DNA of 64,000 nt from Marsupella aquatica. Its lineage: Eukaryota; Plantae; Marchantiophyta. The notes beneath the pieces are model-generated. The model saw only the letters and a list, made by a program, of their open reading frames with translations. It made no database searches and was not told where the DNA came from. A program made the translations under genes and the position numbers. The stretch is taken from NCBI GenBank assembly GCA_973895155.1, contig OZ316895.1, positions 12,407,929 through 12,471,928 of the forward strand. The letters are read 5' to 3'. Shown here in pieces: positions 48,752 to 62,736 of the stretch. Within the stretch, counting starts at the first letter, position 1; every line of letters begins with the position of its first letter.

Positions 48752-49950
48752 TTTTCTCGAAACCAATGACGGTGTGTTGAAGAATTGGGGGGAACGAAGA
48801 TTCAAAAAACTTCCCAGCCGAGCTTGAAATCGCAAAACTACACTACATTTTGGAACTTCAGTCGTAGTTTCTCATATAATTTGGGACCCGGGAGACGATA
48901 AAGCGGTAGTCACACTTGGCGGAAGATTCGGGCCAAACGACGAATATTGAGCAGGGTGTTACGTCCATTTGGACGGCCCGTTATGACTTCCCGCACAGTT
49001 ACCGTCGGTCGTAAAATTTACCCCCCAAGCCATAAACGCACTTTAGACACATTCGGTAATGACTATTACGGAATACAGTACCTGGCTGCCCATGTGGGGT
49101 AGGATAACTCTCATATTTGAGACGCCCTATTGAGAGCCCAAGCATTCCTTTGGGTGAACTGTTGTCCGGCTTGAGCCCTCTCTAGCTTCAAAATATTATC
49201 TCCTATCTCATTTTTCAATAACTTAAACTTATAGACCTGGTAAAACCAGGTCAAGACTCTAGGAAAAGGGGCTCTATCATGCTAAGCTTGTAGTCCCTTC
49301 TAAGTCTTACATCCAAACATTAAGCCTTATTTCAGATTATCACATGTACTAATTTCACCATGACACTCTCTTTCCTTTGTCACCCTTTTTCCCGTTGAGT
49401 AGACTGATAGAGGGAGGGAACTATTGATTATGTAGCTACAATTAGTCTAATCATAATTAGGTGTTTGATTAAGGTTAAATGTGATACTATTATTCAATGC
49501 AGGGCCTAGTTATTGAGTAAAACTTAGGTTCATTGTTAGGCAGCCAAGTGAGAGGTAAAGAGAGCCAAGTATATGGAAACTTGATATGACCGACGGACTC
49601 AGAGTTCAATAAGGCTCTCTTGCGTGTTCCCATGGATGTAGCCTTTGTTGAGATGAACAACATATTGTGTCAATTACTCTTGTGTCCGTGGGACACAATC
49701 ATGTAGAAAGAATTGAGTATGACCCAATTGTTCATCAGGCCTGGTGCATCAGGAGGTTCAACAGGGTAGGACTAGTTCAGTGATATCCTAACAAGTCTGA
49801 CATTTAGGGCCACATTGTGAAGAGCCAGTCCTCACAACAATAGTTGAGGACTTTATAGGGCCTGGCTTTTCCCAATCTGACCTTTGATTCTCACATAAAA
49901 CAAAACAATCTTTACACATGTAGTCCTTCCTGTGCTCATGTGTGCACAGT

Positions 49951-50505
49951 TTGAGACAACACTTTTGACCCGCATTTATGGGCCGGTAAGGGCAGCTTTT
50001 TAGGATCCTTGCACATGCAAGACAGCCCTTAGAGAATGAGATCCGGCCAAGACCACCATTGAGACAACACTTTTGACCCGCATTTATGGGCCGGTAAGGG
50101 CAACTTGTTTTAGGACCTTGCACATGCAAGACAGCCCTTAGAGAATGAGATCTGGCCAAGACCACCATTGATGCCCTTACTGAGTTCACCAAGACCACCA
50201 TTGACACCCTTACTGAGAGCACCAAGACCACCATTGACGCCCTTACTGAGTTCACCAAGACCGCCATTGACACCCTTACTGAGAGCACCAAGACCACCAT
50301 TGACTCCCTTACTGAGTTCACCCAGACCACCATTGACACCCTTACTGAGAGCACCAAGACCACCATTGACACCCTTACTGAGAGCACCAAGACCACCATT
50401 GACACCCTTACTGAGAGCACCAAGACCACCATTGACACCCTTACTGAGAGCACCAACACCCACCATTGACACCCTTACAGAGATGACCACCGTTGACACC
50501 CTTAC
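49951..50505. repeat. ~110-bp duplication followed by a 33-bp minisatellite (~10 copies)
   Basis: ttgagacaacacttttgacccgc... x2; ccaagaccaccattgacacccttactgag(agca/ttca) units 50156-50505. Confidence 0.95.
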
Positions 50506-51022
50506 CGAGATCCATAACCAGAGTCAGTCAGGCGAAGAGTGACCGAACTCCAGAGAGAGATTGTTCCACCATCGCTCAGAGGTCCTCGACCTCGACGGCA
50601 ACAATGGGCGTAGAGCACTCCTGATTCTCTATTGCTAAAAAGCAGAGCAGACTCTGAGGCGCGAAATTGCAACTAACGTGCCAGCTACAGAAGCCATCCC
50701 CGGAATTGTGACTAACGTGCCAGCTCCAGAAGCCATCCAGGAAAAAAATCCTTTGATCAGCTCCAGCGATCGATTACTTGTCCATCGCATCGAGTGACAT
50801 TGCATTTCCGCTTCCCTCCGTGCCACACCTGTAGCCCCTCAGCTGCAATCCCTTCGCATGTTCCGTTCCGGGGGGACATACTTGCACCAATTCAGTTCAT
50901 TCGATGCGGTGCGGTGCTGATTTGGTTGGAGGCATTCTTGGAAAGCGTCCACTTCCATATCAGCTGCGTTGATTACAAATCTGGTCTTCGGTGAAAATTC
51001 AGGAGATTCATTGCTCGGCGTA

Positions 51023-54000
51023 ATGGCCCGGAACAAGCAGAAGAAGAAGAATAATGATCCCCCTGCAGCAGCAGCCAACAGGCCCGCTGCGGATAATCGG
51101 GCGGTGCGGAGGAAAGGCACACCAGGTTCTTCTGGTAGGGTTGCGGGAGGCGAGGGCTTAGAGGCCCGAGATGAAGCAGCCGTGCGGCGAAGAGGACGGG
51201 AACGGAAACCATCGTCTCAAGCATTGAACGTCAAGTATCAGAAGCGATATGATTACCTCTTGACATCTGAAACGGTATCTGGCTATGAAGTTCGTCTTAG
51301 CGACTCGGCTTCGCCCAGCACATCCACTCGTAGGGTATCTTTTACATCTTAGGGAGCATTGCAAGTCAATTAATGTCTTCGAATTTAGGAGGAGGATTTG
51401 GCTTTTCCGGGGTACAAATGAATTGGCCGTCATGCGTGCCCGTTTCAGGATCCCATTCTTGTCACATAGTTTCCAAGTGCCGCTGCTGGGATTGTTTAAA
51501 CCAATTCTCGGGTCACTAAAGTGCTGAAGAGCTTGTAGCCAGATGTTTTCTGAAAACTTAGGTTTAATTTCTAGACTAACAAAACTGCGGGTCGTTTTAG
51601 TTGTGATCTCTCCATCCTAAAGTGGTGGCAGTGACCTGGCTTTGTCAATCAAGTCAATATTGCCAGACTTTGCAAATGCTCTTCTTACATTTTGAAATAA
51701 GACCTTTTTTGGATGCCTGCAAGTTTGGAACAGTCAGTAGGTATGCTGAATCAAGGATGGAAGGAGTGTGAGGACGAGTTTCTGCTTATGTGGTTCAGTT
51801 TTGATCTTTTAAAACTTGCTTGAGAAAATGGTCATCGGTATAGTAGCGTCCTTCAAGAGGTCTCGAAATGACAGAGCCGGCACTCGCGACATAAGGCAAT
51901 TTTATTTCTTTGTTTGTATGAACCATTTTAGTTCTCTCGTTGGGGATTCTCAGTTTATTCTTAGACTTTGCGCAGTGTTACCAGCATAATCTGTGTGTTG
52001 TGCATAATTTGTGATATTATGTAAAGGAAAACTTTTAACTCAGCTATCTCCACTTGCAGGGAACACACATGATTTCCCGTCAGGAGTGGCACAAGGAAGC
52101 CAGAGATCGAAACATGTATCCAATTCTGCTAGTGAAAGATCCTGGACGAAAGCAGGTTTTAGGTTGCATGCTTACAAAACTGTGAGTTTTTCCTACGAGG
52201 GAACGGAAGCTGGGAGGGAATCTGATCATGCTCCAGTGGTAAGTTCCCAGACTGTAAATATTAGACAACAAGAAATGTGACGGGACTAGATTGTTGGTGC
52301 CTGTACTTGGTCCGGAAACAAGAAATTGCCCCAAATTACCTGTTCTAATTAGAATCGAGGTGTGCTGTAATGTTATCAGAAGATTTGATGGAAACGTTAG
52401 CGAGGACAGATGAATCTTAAATACTTGGATGATCTGTCTGTTCTTTAGGTCGTGGTCAAGTCATATTGATTTTGTCTCCAATCTTTTCAGGTTCTTTCTT
52501 CAAGTATGGATGAAACTACCCAAGTAGTACTTCCTGCATCTGATGGACGAGCAGAGGTGGTATTAGATCGCCGAGGTAGCCTGCCTAATATCAAGGCTTC
52601 CTGGTCTATCCAGGAAGCTTCTGAAGTAATGCTTCCTGCATTGGATGGACCAGCAGAGTTGTTGCCAGATCGCCGAGGTAGCCAGCCTGACTCCGTGACG
52701 TCGTGGCCTATGCATGATGGTGTAAGCACCAGGGGGCTTGGATATGTAGACGAAGAGTGTCAGGCTTTCGACATGAAAGATGCTGTCGAGGAGCAAGTAG
52801 GAGAAAACGACGTTCAAATCGTCGGTGAGGACATGTCAGTGGAGGAACGTGGTCGATTTGCAAATGAGGAAAGCACGACTGAAGCACTGCCTGGGAATGC
52901 GATTGAGGAGATGCCAGTGGAGGAGCGGGCTGAAAATGTTTTTCAGACACCTCAGCAGGTGGGAGACCCAGATAGCTGTCTGGAAGAAATGAATGCGACA
53001 GTACCTGATCTTGCTGCTGATGTTGTGTGGAAAAAACCTAATTGGAAATCTCGTGGTAATGATGGATATCTGAGTATCGGAGGTGTGAAGATTTTCACAA
53101 CTGACATGCGTGGTCCACAAGATCAAGGGAGAAGGACTGTGCGAGAGGGATTTTCAGGCGATGAAGATGAAGATGAAGATGACGATGACGATGAAGATGA
53201 AGATGAAGAAGATGGTCTAGAGGATTGGCTCACAGAGTTCCGTAGTAGGAAGAAGAGCAGGCAGCCTGGAAAGGCCAAAATGCAGCAAGGCTTTAATCCT
53301 TCTCGTGCAATACTAGGAGGTCTTGATTCATCCGAAGGAGATGAAAGTAGTCCACATAGTGATTCGGATATTGATGATGAATTGTTGGAGGACTACCTAG
53401 CCAATTGTGAAGGTCTTGTTGTTGATTTGGATGATCCTGTGTGGGTACAAAGGAATCAAAATTCTTTACGGCAGGTGCCAATCGAAGACATGTCGTTGCA
53501 ATATATGGAAAGTGGAAGTAGTGAAACGTCGTCTTTGGAGGACATGGACAAAGAAGAAGATGATTGTTCTGATTCTGATTTCAGCGACATTGACAGATCA
53601 GAAACTTGCTACAAGGTGACAGCTGGGGATTTTGGACGAAGAGTGACCTTAATGAGACCCAAAGACAAGTCCAAAGATTTCGCAGATAAATTTTCCTTTG
53701 GATACAATTCCGATGGTAATTGCAATGATGATGGGTACCAAAAAGAAGAACTTACTAGTTTAGAGGATGAGGCTCGATTGCGGGACTTGAAGTTGGATAG
53801 CGAAGCGCGCATGCGTGTGTTGGAATTAGATGAGATACCAAGTGGAATACTTTCTACTTCAGCGAATTGTCTCGAGGATGTCGCTGATGTGGCATCTCCA
53901 TCCACCCAAACATGGCCTGTGAGTAGAGGAGGCAGAAAGGCGAAGAAGGTCAAGGGTGTGCCAGGTAGGTTTCACTACATGAAAGTTTCGAACCGTTCAT

Positions 54001-56481
54001 ACAGCAATTTGTTTGTACGAGTCCCTTTTTTGGTGTGAGGGAAGTTCTCTCTTTCTTGCCTAATAATTAGTCAAATCTGATCTTTGAAAACGAAATTCGT
54101 CCCTGACGTATGATGTCGGTAAAGAATTCATGCTAAAGACCTCTAATAGCGGTGCCTCCTCCGGTCGAGAGGAAATGACGGTCACAAATGTTTTGTTAAG
54201 CTAGCGTTGACGTTATCTGACTACTAGCAGAGCAAGTCCCCTACTTTTATGATGTGCCTTGAAGTCAGTCGCTTTTACTTTGTCTGTGAGATCCTCTGTC
54301 TAATCAAGCTAGAAACATTTTGTTTTCGACGAGTAAAGCTGCGGAGATGTTGAGTTGTGAAGGGTTTCAATGAGAAGTGACCACTTTTCGCACTCCTCTT
54401 CGATAAGTTTTACTTTCTGTTTCTTCAGGTCAGAAGAAGTCGGAACGTAAGGAGACCATAGCAGCAAAGCGTCGAGAACGAGCCTTACGTCATGGTTTTG
54501 ACCTCTGCGCTGTGAATAAGGTTTGTTTCTAAGAGCTAATGGATCTGCTGCACTTGCGCCTGATAAAAGTCATCTTCGTTACGTCGGAAGAAAAATGGGC
54601 GTAGGAAAACTTCATAATTTTGGCGATACTTGGCTCTTGACCTCAGGCGCTGTGAAAATCCCCATACCCCCGCCTCTCTGCCTCTCTGCCTCTCTGCCTC
54701 TCTGCCTCTCTCTCGTCTCGTTTCTCCTTTCCAGTCCTCTTGCTGCATGTTGCTGTGAGGGGATTTTGCTCATAAACTGAAAATTGAATTGAAAGACAAC
54801 TTCAATCGCATGCTGATTTTGATTCTACCATCAGGCTTACGTTCGTTTGGTAAAATGTGAATTTGCGGTTGAGAAAGGTTTTGCTCGTGTCTTTAGAGCA
54901 TCGTTTGCATAAGTGAATGATCATAATCTGTTCGACAGGGAGCGAGCTATATTTGGAATCCCCGTCATGCGCTCATCGATTGGTTGGATTTTTGAACAGG
55001 TGTTAGAAGATATGGTGAGGAAGAAGGAGGATATTATAGCATTTGAGCCAATGAAACAGCAAGATCGAGCACAGGTTCACCTCTTCTTTTTTGTAGAAAA
55101 CACCGTAATGGAAGGATTGTAGTTGGCTATGCAGTGGACAGTTTTCATATGGTTGTTGGAGGGATCACCGATATGGGCCCAGGAGTAAGAAATGATACAA
55201 ATGGAACTGGTGGATCATGTTGAGGATTTGCAATTTTCGGTTATGGAATATAGAAAATGCAGAGTTATGATGGCAATATAACCTTGGTCTTTTCTAACTT
55301 CTTGCCTATTTTCTTTTATTGAATGTTTGTGGTAGGTGCATAGGATTGCTAGCATCTATGGGCTCAAAAGTGGAAGCCAAGGTTCCGCTAAGAAAAGGTA
55401 TTATCTTGATCATATGTTGCGAACTAGGTCGTGGAGAACTCTGCCTTAGCAATAATATTATTTATTGATAGCACATGTTGTAATGTTGTCGTTATGTCAC
55501 CCTGCTCTACTTGCGGTTTAACAGCTTGTTTGACATTAGTGATATTTTGTGTCCATCTCTACCTGTCTTCTCATGGTTTACGTTTCTGCGCTTTCACGTT
55601 GACAGCAGACTCAAAAATTCATGATTATGTGCAGATTTGTCGTTGTTTGTATTACAAGAAATACCAGGATGCCTTCCGGTGATGCCAAAGTGCGGTTGCT
55701 CAAGGTGAAGAGCAGAACTAATCTTTAGCAAGTATTTGCTTGCTTCCTTTTCAGATATCTCGGTCTAGGATTTTCTCTCTGTTTGACTTGTGGACATAAT
55801 GACAGTTGAAGTGCAGAAACTCAATTTTCAAGCTCTGACTTGTAGTAATGTGTGTTGCAGTTGCTAGGGCAACCGGTAAGGAACCCCACCAGGCGAGACT
55901 CGATACAAAGTGCTATGACTGGAGAGGAACGCCGCATGTTTGCCAAAACTAAGCGAGCTGCCCTACAAGCACTAAATGGCCTTCCCGCCCCGAGCAATGG
56001 GATTAGGAGGCAGAAATCCGATAAGTTCTCTCATCGCAACACTCCGGGCTCTGTTAAAGGTCATTCTCCATACACTCCAAGGGATAACCGAAAATCCTCA
56101 ACGTCAAGCAAACGAAATAGTGGCAAACAAAGTACGAGTAACAGGGCTGGCGCTTATACAAAGAAGGGAGGAGTGTCCTTCACGTCAATAGGATTGATGG
56201 GTGAAGGCAGTAACCTACCGACCCAATCCCCTACGACTATGCAGAATAATATGCATATCGCGCTTGAGACTGTTAGTTCAGTGAGGGTAGCTGCACATAC
56301 CACAGGGACCAGTGGTGATTTTGCCATTTTTGAGGCGCACACAAAAGGTTTTGGTTCAAGGATGATGGCCAAAATGGGTTACAGGGAAGGTCTGGGGTTG
56401 GGGCGTGATAAACAAGGGATTGCTGAGCCAATAGAGGCGATCAAAAGGCCTAGATCACTCGGCTTGGGTGCCCATAAATGA
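51023..56481 (+). CDS. R3H and G-patch domain protein (D111/G-patch, SQS1-like); predicted exons 51023-51274, 52060-52155, 52491-53964, 54429-54520, 55000-55074, 55336-55397, 55635-55704, 55861-56481
   Basis: All GT-AG junctions are phase-consistent; [12 protein letters not shown]3H ([20 protein letters not shown]), G-patch [25 protein letters not shown]...RPRSLGLG. Confidence 0.9.
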
Positions 56482-59400
56482 ATTTAGATCACGAGCCACG
56501 CGTGTTAAGACAGTGAACTAATAAACGAAGAGCAATTGAAGTACGTGGGGCTCTGTGGCCTTCCAAGGATGCGTTATTTCTTGGGCATGGCTCAGTTTCG
56601 GGTTACCATCAAAACTCGCAGGTGAAGTCGCTGAACGTGCTCCTCCAGTGTTTTGGAGCATGTATTCTTCAAGGAAAAGCTGGCGAGGCAACGCCGTGAA
56701 GCAATGAGTCAATGTGCAGAGCATTGGGGTATAACCAAATGCTATTACGAAGAATTGTTCTTAAGCTTTGAAGAGCAGTGCCGGTGAGAGGTAGCTTCGT
56801 TTCAAGTCCAATTGCCGCAGTTGGTGTTGATGTGCTGGGTGTTTGTTTTGTCTTCTGGTGCCTTCTAATGTATGCAGGTGCTTGGTCAGAAGCTAGCGTG
56901 CCCATTCTAAACTTCTTGTGGATCCGGGAGGGTTTAGCGCGAAATAATAGGACCATTTGCGTAGCCTTTTCTCAGCAAGCAAGAAGAGCTCATTGAAGTG
57001 TGCATACTTTGATGACATGCAAATATTTTCACAGGAAGCTTTGGTTGCACCGGCATTATGTGTAGGCATGGGACTCAATGGATTGAAGGATCTGAAGCTC
57101 TTCTTCTCAGACTATTTCAACCTCAAGTCTTTCATGGTTTGAATTATCATTCATATATGTTGATCCGGTTATCTGGACCCGCGTAATGCAATGGACGTCC
57201 TTGACAATTGCCAAAGGAAAAACTAGTTTGTGTGAAAGTTGTGACCAGTTGAGGTTTCCATGACATGTAAGTAGTTCACAAACCTGGAGCCAGGAGAAAA
57301 TGCATCATCAGATCTTTTACGACAGTGTCTCGCCAATGTGTAAAATTCATACAGACTTCAGGCCCACAAAAGAGCCAGAGAAGATCCTATGCTCAGGGAA
57401 ACCTTCATTTTAATTTCGAGTCAAGGTTTGTTGTCATCATAAGGTGGCACAAAAGTAAGACTTGTAAGCCACTTATTATGCAGGGAAGTTGGATCGTAAA
57501 GGCTATCTCTCCAAATTCTATTTCTGAAATCATGGTCATCGTTTTATGTGGACATTTGCAGAAGTGACAGGCTCCAGTATCCACCACCGTCTCCTCTGTC
57601 CAGTATTTTTTCGTATTTGTTTGGTATTGCTAGACCGAAATTCACATGCTCCATAGTGAACTGTAATTAGTGAATTTTATAAATTTCTAGGTGAGTAGTA
57701 ACACATACCACTCTGTCCACTAGTGCTTGGCACTACCAAATCACAGTTGCCAATCCAATATTGCCAACATCGAAAGAGAATTATGTGCGTTCTAGCACTT
57801 TATGCATAGATTCAGCATTGCTGGTAAGCCTAGCAGATGCTGATGAGACGCATGGAGGTCAGAGTTCAGCTCTTTGGGTTTACTGGCAATGTTGAATCTA
57901 ATTCCGAGTGAAGTGAGGTCTCTAGAAAGATGGTCTGGTGAAGTGAAATGTCTCATGCTAGAACCTAGGTGACATGGGAACTGTCCAGTCCAGATGGCAT
58001 GGGAGACAGCCAGGTAACAGGGAAAATTGCCAGATGAAACAAAAATGTCCAAATGTGAAAAGGATACATGTTTTACATCAAATGTATGCAACGTGGTCCA
58101 AATGCACGGCAGGGATTGGAGGGCAGTCCAGGCTTGAGTCCAGGCACTGCTGGGGTTGCAACCTGGTATGGCATGACAAAGGGCAGGCTGAGGGTGGGAA
58201 GCGGCATGCCCAGGGTTTGGCTGGAGATCCAGGTGTGGCTTGTGCTACCGACCTGAGTTCCTGTGGCAATACACTCGGTAAGGGTGGGGCACAGCACACA
58301 CAAGGAGTGTGGCATAACTGAGCTGGGACTGCACACATAACAAGTGTGGCACAACAAAGCAAGGTTTAACAGACTAGCGACGGGAGGGAGGAGAAGGGGT
58401 GTTGACAAAGGTAGCATGTGGTTTTAGAGAAGGTAAGAAAAACAAGAAAGAACCAACACTCAACACTGTTTCCTACATATTCAAGATTCCATATGTTGAC
58501 CAAAAGGCTTATGAGGGGTAGCATGTGAGGAGGTCTTAGCCCTGATCTTAGCTTATTCGTTGTGTCAGATTACATACACTGTTCACAGCATTAGTGTTAC
58601 TCACAATAATTCTGGAGAAACAATATTGCTGGCTATACTCTTGAATTACTGTCACCTAAGTACAAAAGTTTCATGTATTTTAAACACTTGGGTTTTGCCC
58701 CAGGTTCTGCAAGAAAATTGGCCGTCCTTGACTTTCCATTTCCTGCTGTGCCCCTCATCCTCCTTATTGCTGTAGGGCACCCCAAGCCACATCTGCATTC
58801 CATTCCTGCCTTGCCTCATTATGCACCTGACCCTTCCTCATCATTGCGTGTTCCCCCTGCTCTGTCACCTTTCCCCACCTGTAAGATGCCTACACCTAAA
58901 CATTGCAACACACACACAGGCATTGAGCTAATCTAAACACTACTGTAGGCAATCCTGCCACTTTCTCCTTGCGGCAGGTTTACAAAAACCACACTAGACA
59001 GGATCAAACGGTGGTTGTTCAATGATGCGGTGCTCTTTCGGCACCATTATCCATTATCTGCCTGAAACACTATGAATCCTTTGTGCACCTCACCGCCTGC
59101 CTGCTGCAACACTTGGTGGCCTTGCATGAACCTCGCTCAAGCTTTAAAAAACATTAAAAACAAGTAAAAGACAGGGAGTGACAAAGGGGTACATTTATTT
59201 GTGCCCAGAACCCTCCCCAACAACAACATTTTGGCAGCACACAGGAATGCATAATTGGAACTTCACTTTCTCAACAATAAGAGTAATCAAAATTACAACA
59301 CTGTTGCAACAACAACCACCTAGCCAAAATGGTGACACTCTGGCAACCACAACATGACGGCACCAGCCATTCTTTTCTTGTTTTTAAACATTAGCAAAGG

Positions 59401-60489
59401 TGGCTACTAAAATACCCTTCAGACAAGCACAAGTCTGGTTATGGAGTATTTTATTACAATTCTACAGCACTTTTGACTATTGTACATTATTTCCTGACTA
59501 ACACTCCCCTATAGTGCATTAGGTGGTGGACAATGAAACCAAAATTTCTAAATTTCAGCCTGGGTATCATTACCCTGCTTGTTGTATAGGTAAGTGATTG
59601 GCTAATTGTTTGCCCACAAAACAAATGGCTGGACTGCACATACAAACTGTCAAACAACAACACTTTTACAGCAACCACACGGCCGCAATCCAATTGAAAC
59701 TACAGTTGACATCCACAACCACAACATGGCTGCAATGACAACCCAGCCACAACCACACAGTCGCAATGATAACTGGGCGCACGCATAGGCATTGGAACAA
59801 AAGTTCACCTTGCCTTCACAACACTTCCTTTCTCGACTATTTTCTTGTCCAACTTCAGACACACCCTTGCATCAATGATACATAAGATGTCTTAACAACT
59901 TCCTTGACTCCGCAATATTTCCATGATTCATTTACACTTCTTTGTCTACCTGTACATTTTCTCCTACACAAAGACACTGGGCTTGTCCACTATAAAGAGC
60001 TACCTGCACTTTCAGTGCTTTTGAGTTAAACATCTCCTGGCACACAAAATCATTACTGCGCACATGTCAAAAGAGTGCCATAAGTGAGGTACACCCAAGG
60101 AGAGAAAATGTTTTTTGGCTGGGACAAAAATCTTACAGGCCATCTATATGCGTAACTCCAAAGGATAATATATCCAATAATTCACAAAAATAAGACCTTG
60201 CTTATGGCAGAGCTTTGACACACCTTATTGGTGTAAAGAGCTACATCAATTTCCATCATTGAATAAAACAGCTGCTGCTGGTTTTTGACTTGTTACATGT
60301 GGGCAGGGGAATCTAACCTTTTGAGGAGAATATATGTTGGATTATATCAATGTAAATACGTCAGAAATTTGCGCAAAAGTAGTGCCGTAGGATGGTTTCG
60401 TAAATGCAGTTCCTCTCGTTGCCTCTGATTTCAGTTGGCGAGGGTTTATGGTTCAGGGTTTGACATCACTCAAAGATTGAGGTGCCTGA

Positions 60490-61705
60490 TATGGAATTGA
60501 CGTTCTCGAGCTGTGCACACCGAAGCCTGCTCTGCTCATGGTCATGCCCAATGTCATCGATCTTAACAATTGGTAGAAGAGCATTCGGGCGGAGGATGTC
60601 ACTCTCAAGCATGCAAAGTGGAGGAATTCTGACCTTAACGCAGTCCAGGAGCCGGAATGGGTTTAGACTTTGGCAGCATGCATTGATGAATTTCTATTCG
60701 AAGCAGGTTGAGGTCTCTCAGCGTGCTGCTAAAATCGGTCGGGCTCAAGTGGGTTCTGAGAAGATGAGTCCCTTCGAATTCCCTAGTAGTCAAGGTGGAG
60801 GTTCTGTCCAAAGCTATGTGGAATTTGTGCAGAAACGAAGGCAGGGAACGCTGTCCCTGCAAGTGACAACTACTGCACCCCCATCTTCTGGAGATTCTGG
60901 AATGGAGAGTGATTCTCGTGACTTGGAGGTGATTCGGCCTGACCTACTGCAGGGCTCACAGGAGTGGTTAGATCTCAGGAAGAATCGCATTACTGCGAGT
61001 TCGTTTGGGAATTCTCTAGGGTTCTGGGGAGCCCGCCGAGTTGAGCTATGGGAGGACAAGATTGGCATCGGAGAGCCGTTTGCCGGCAATGCAGCAACGA
61101 TTTGGGGGTCGAGTGCAGAGGCAAATGCCATAGAGAAGTACAAGGAGATCACTGGCAATGGCGTGGATCACGTTGCTTTCAAGGTTTACCACGCTGGAGA
61201 TGATTATCTGTCATGGTTGGGAGCGTCTCCTGATGGCCTCATCACGTATAACAATGTTGAGGGAGTGCAAGATACTGATGAGGGACTGGGGATTCTCGAG
61301 GTGAAGTGCCCACATAACAAAGGGAAACCGGAGCTTGGGACTCCGTGGCAATGTGTCCCCCATTATTACATGCCACAAGCTCAGGGTCTCCTAGAAATTT
61401 TTGATAGGAAATTTATGGATTTTTACGTATGGACGCCGAATGGCAGTTCCGTCTTTAGAATTGAGCGTAATACTGAGTATTGGGGTCTTATGTTTCGGAT
61501 AATGTCAGAGTTTTGGTGGGGACATGTAGTCCCTGCCAAATGCGCTTTGGAGAAAGGGACCAGCATAGCAGATGTTCAAGCAGCATTTAGGCCAGTTGAG
61601 GATCTGGCCGCGACAGAAAGGATTGTTAGCATGAGTAGACGCCTTGCACAAAATTCTAGGTTGATTTGGAGGGAGAGTGGGGACCAGATTCAACGATTTT
61701 TATGA
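60490..61705 (+). CDS. YqaJ-like viral recombinase / lambda-exonuclease-fold nuclease, single exon, start codon uncertain (60490, 60551 or later)
   Basis: QGSQEWLDLRKNRITASSF, WG...E, LGASPDGL, LEVKCP, YYMPQAQG motifs; S/R-rich transit-peptide-like N-terminus. Confidence 0.9.
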
Positions 61706-62736
61706 GAACAAACAAACGCAGTTCTTTAATTGATTAATTCATCCTCTTCTCATCGCTTGGAGTCGTTTAGTACGTGATTCTACTTTGGAAAGCAGTAGAA
61801 AAAACATCAGGTTTGTAGCCCAAAGACAATCCATTTCACATTGCCAGCAAGAAACATTTCTGCAGCACAATTCTCTGAAAACTGGCAATACGAAGAACTC
61901 GAGTTTGATTCCGAAATCTAGGCACGGGAATGCTCTGTTTGCAATTGTATGTACAGGAGCCCAACTGGCAAATTGACTGGGTGAGTGCACAAACCAACAT
62001 AGTCTTGAGAGGATTCGATTGCTCTACGAATGAAGGCTGGCACTTCAAAACGTTTAGTGGATTTGGGAAGGCATCAGTTCAAACTATCCTTAGTTTTCTG
62101 AGTGTGATCTTTTCTAGCTTTGAACGCCTCAACGATACCAGTTGTTTATGTAAACGCTCGAGTTGTGCGGCGTGTTTGGCCGCCATCAGAGCTCACGTTT
62201 ATATGTCGGGGGACATACATATACATTTCATTGGGACTCACTGTATCAAGAGGGTTGCGCAGATGGCCAAATCCTCACGTCTCGTACTCAAACCTCATAC
62301 ACTTTTCATGGAAAGAAGATTCTCAGTTTTCGGCTCAAAAAGAGGAATGGAGATAACATGGGGACCGAACCTCAAAGTGGAGGTTAATATTTGGTGAGAG
62401 GGAACATATTATAGTCCTGAAAGAAAAAATGAACAAAAAACAAGTACAATAGTCCTATTTCTCGCAAAAATATTGCTTTCTAGGAGATCCAGCTCCCATG
62501 ACTCACATTTGTTCCGTTGTGGCTTTCTTGGAGACAAGGTCTGTTGCAACACCTAAAAGCGCCATCGTATGGCGGCTTTGATTGAATATTACCCCTGGTA
62601 ACTATGCTGCGGTCAGGAAACGTACAAATGGCGATGGGTCCCATATCTTGAAGAAACATACGCAGGCATTGCTCCTTTTGGGAGAACCATCTAGTGCACA
62701 AAACAACATACTGGCACAGAATCTGCCCAGAGCCTC

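Larger units (their letters stand above)
28065..49128. mobile_element. Second PIF/Harbinger-superfamily element, degenerate, expanded to 21 kb by nested LTR retroelements
   Basis: Perfect 20-bp TIRs AGGGCGTCTCAAATATGAGA (28065-28084) / TCTCATATTTGAGACGCCCT (49109-49128); ATT on both flanks (28062-28064, 49129-49131); Myb/SANT-like gene inside the right end. Confidence 0.88.

Noticed and set aside
50156-50505. Regular 33-bp repeats as a CRISPR array
   Set aside because: Units are contiguous with no unique spacers, there are no cas genes, and the context is eukaryotic: a minisatellite
57300-60300. Short ORFs between the G-patch and YqaJ genes
   Set aside because: No recognisable domains or consistent splice structure; looks like decayed repeats and low-complexity DNA
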